64,000 nt of DNA, taken from Hypanus sabinus. Taxonomy: Eukaryota. The stretch covers positions 25,048,001 through 25,112,000 of the forward strand of contig NC_082722.1 in assembly GCF_030144855.1 (NCBI RefSeq), written 5' to 3'. The notes under the pieces are model-generated. The model was not told the DNA's origin and did not search any database. It saw only the letters and a list, made by a program, of their open reading frames with translations. A program made the translations under genes and the position numbers. Shown piece by piece: positions 61,930-64,000 of the stretch (within the stretch, counting starts at the first letter, position 1; every line of letters starts with the position of its first letter).

Positions 61930-62830
61930 GAAATCGCCACATCCCTGGTGCACCTCAGGGATGTGTGCTCTACACTCTACACCCATGATGGTGTAGGCAC
62001 AGCTCAAATACCATCTATAAATTTGCTGACAATACAACTATTGTTGGCAGAACTTCAGATGCTGATGTGAGGACATACAGGAGTGGGATATATCAGCTGG
62101 TTGAGTGGCGTCACAGCAACAACTGTGTTCTCAACGTCAGTAAGACCAGAAGGACTACAGAAAAGGTAAGATGAGGGAACACACACCAGTCCTCATAGAG
62201 GAATCAGAAGTGGAAAGAGCGGTTTCAAGTTCCAGGGCATCAATAACTGAGGATCTATCCTGGACCCAACATATTGATGCAGCTACAAAGAAGGCACAAA
62301 AGCGGCTATATTTCATTAGGTGTTTGAGGAGATTTGGTATGTCGCATGGACAGCAATTAAACCAACTGCATCGCTGTCTGGTGTGGAGTGGGGGGTACTG
62401 CCCAGGATTGAAATAAGCTGCAGAGAGTTGTAAACTGAGTCAGCTCCATCATCCTAGCCTCTGTAGTATTCAGGACATCATCATGGAGTGATAGCTCAAA
62501 AAGGCTGCATCCATCGTTAAGGACTCCCATCACACAGGTCACATCTTGTTCTCATTGCTATCATCAGGTAAGAGGTACGAAGCCTGAAGGCACACACTCA
62601 GCGATTCAGGAACAGCTTCTTCCCCTCTGCCATCCGATTCCTGAATGGACATTGAACACTACCTCACTACTTTTTTATTTTTGCACTACTTATTTAATTT
62701 AACTTTTACACGTATGTATATTTACTATATTTCATATGTTTCCTATCACTATGGATTGCATTGTTCTGCTGCTGCAAAGACAACAAATTTCACCACATAT
62801 GCCAGTGATATTAAACTAGATTCAGATTCT
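61930..62830 (+). mobile_element. Rex1/Babar LINE 3' part
   Basis: KFADNTTIVGR near 62020 and ORF 62171-62416 ITEDLSWTQHIDAATKKAQKRLYFIRCLRRFGMS; (gattca) tail near 62820. Confidence 0.88.
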
Positions 62831-63239
62831 GAGGATGCAGACCTGTTGATCACAGCATAAAATCCATCTTAACTGCCAGTTTTGACCTCACGAAGGTGTT
62901 GTAACTGTAAAGTGAAAGTAACAGAGGGAAAGTACAGGCCGAGGTAAAAAGAAGAGTGGAGTTCTTCTGCCACGGAAGTGATGGGAGGGTTGGCTCTGTT
63001 GCCGCCTCAACAGTCTTTGCCAACCAAAGGCTGGTGACCTTTCCACCTGTCCCTTTGGTAAGGAGCAGTATGGGGACAACAACATGTATATCATTTTAAG
63101 AATGTGGCACAAAGCTGGCCAAGAACCCGGAGGTTGTCCAGTTGGATTGTGGTAGTTGGGAGCACAGTTTCACAGTAGATCCAGTAACTCAGATGCGATT
63201 CTCATCTCTGGTTCTGTCGGTGTTGAGCTTGACTCCATT

Positions 63240-64000
63240 TGACTGTGTGGGTTCCATTCCACTTTAAGAAGGGAAGGCAAACACAGGAAACTATCAGCCA
63301 GTTAGCCTGAACTCAGTGGCTGATGAGATGTTGCAGTCCATTGTTAAGGATGAGATTTTGGGGTACTTGGAGGCACATGATGAAAATAGACCAAAGTCAG
63401 CTTGGTTTCCTCAAGGGGAAATTTTGCCTGACAAATCTGTTGGAATTCTTTGAGGAAATAACAAGCAGGATAGACCATAAGACATAGGACCAGAATTAGG
63501 CCACTCAGCCCTCGAGTTTGCTCTGCCATTCCATCATGGCTGATCCTGGACCCCACTCAACCCCATACACCTGCCTTCTTGCTGTATTCTTTGATGACCT
63601 GCCCTATCAGGAAGCTAACAACTTTCGCCTTAAACATACCCATGGACTTGGGCTCCGTAGCATTCCACAAATTCACCACTCTCTGGCTAAAAAAAATTCC
63701 ACCTTAACTCTGTTCTAAAGGTTGCCTATCGATTTTGAGGCTGTCCCCTCTAGTTCTGGATCCCCCCACCATAAGAAACATCCTCTCCACATCCACCTTA
63801 TCTAGTCCTTTCAACATTCGGTAGGTTTCAATGAGATCCCCTCTAAATTCCAGTGAGTACAGGCCCAAAGCTGCCAAATGCTCCTCATATGTTAACCCCT
63901 TCATTCCTGGAAACATCCTCATGAGCCTCCTCATATCTCTCCAATAACAACAGATCATTTCTGAGAAATGGGGCCCAAAAAATGTTGACAATACTCTAAA
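63240..64000. mobile_element. Two CR1 fragments (plus strand about 63240-63472; minus-strand 3' end about 63472-64000)
   Basis: GFLKGKFCLTNLLEFFEEIT on +; ORF 63704-63991 LGLYSLEFRGDLIETYRML on -. Confidence 0.85.

Noticed and set aside
1-64000. CRISPR arrays, operons or prokaryotic defence systems
   Set aside because: The window is spliced vertebrate DNA; the recurring short repeats are dispersed retroelement termini, not regularly spaced arrays.

Overview
Vertebrate genomic DNA, very rich in CR1, Rex1/Babar and Penelope-derived repeats. The repeat mix suggests a cartilaginous fish, probably a ray (inference). Two intact spliced protein-coding genes diverge from a central 6.8 kb spacer. (1) Minus strand: a 4-coding-exon gene (28813-28161, 21466-21331, 16422-16293, 12078-11993; 334 aa) encoding a predicted type II membrane protein with a JmjC-like cupin domain. 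It keeps a complete H263-x-D265...H316 iron triad and resembles the C6orf89/BRAP family. (2) Plus strand: a 5-coding-exon TMPPE gene (35669-36365, 46106-46216, 54142-54307, 57678-57817, 59316-59506; 434 aa). Each gene has its own tRNA-Leu(CAG) gene head-to-head just upstream (29049-29131 +, 35134-35216 -), giving a mirror-symmetric locus. The introns hold nested transposons (solo LTR in a Tc2/pogo element, hAT in CR1, young CR1 in a palindromic Penelope element), minimal hammerhead ribozyme motifs, a ~460 nt Rex-derived fold-back and a small switchable hairpin. A possible decayed Ig-like receptor pseudogene lies at about 1.6-5.2 kb (low confidence). Exon, tRNA, TIR and TSD coordinates were read base by base; boundaries of old degenerate repeats are approximate.
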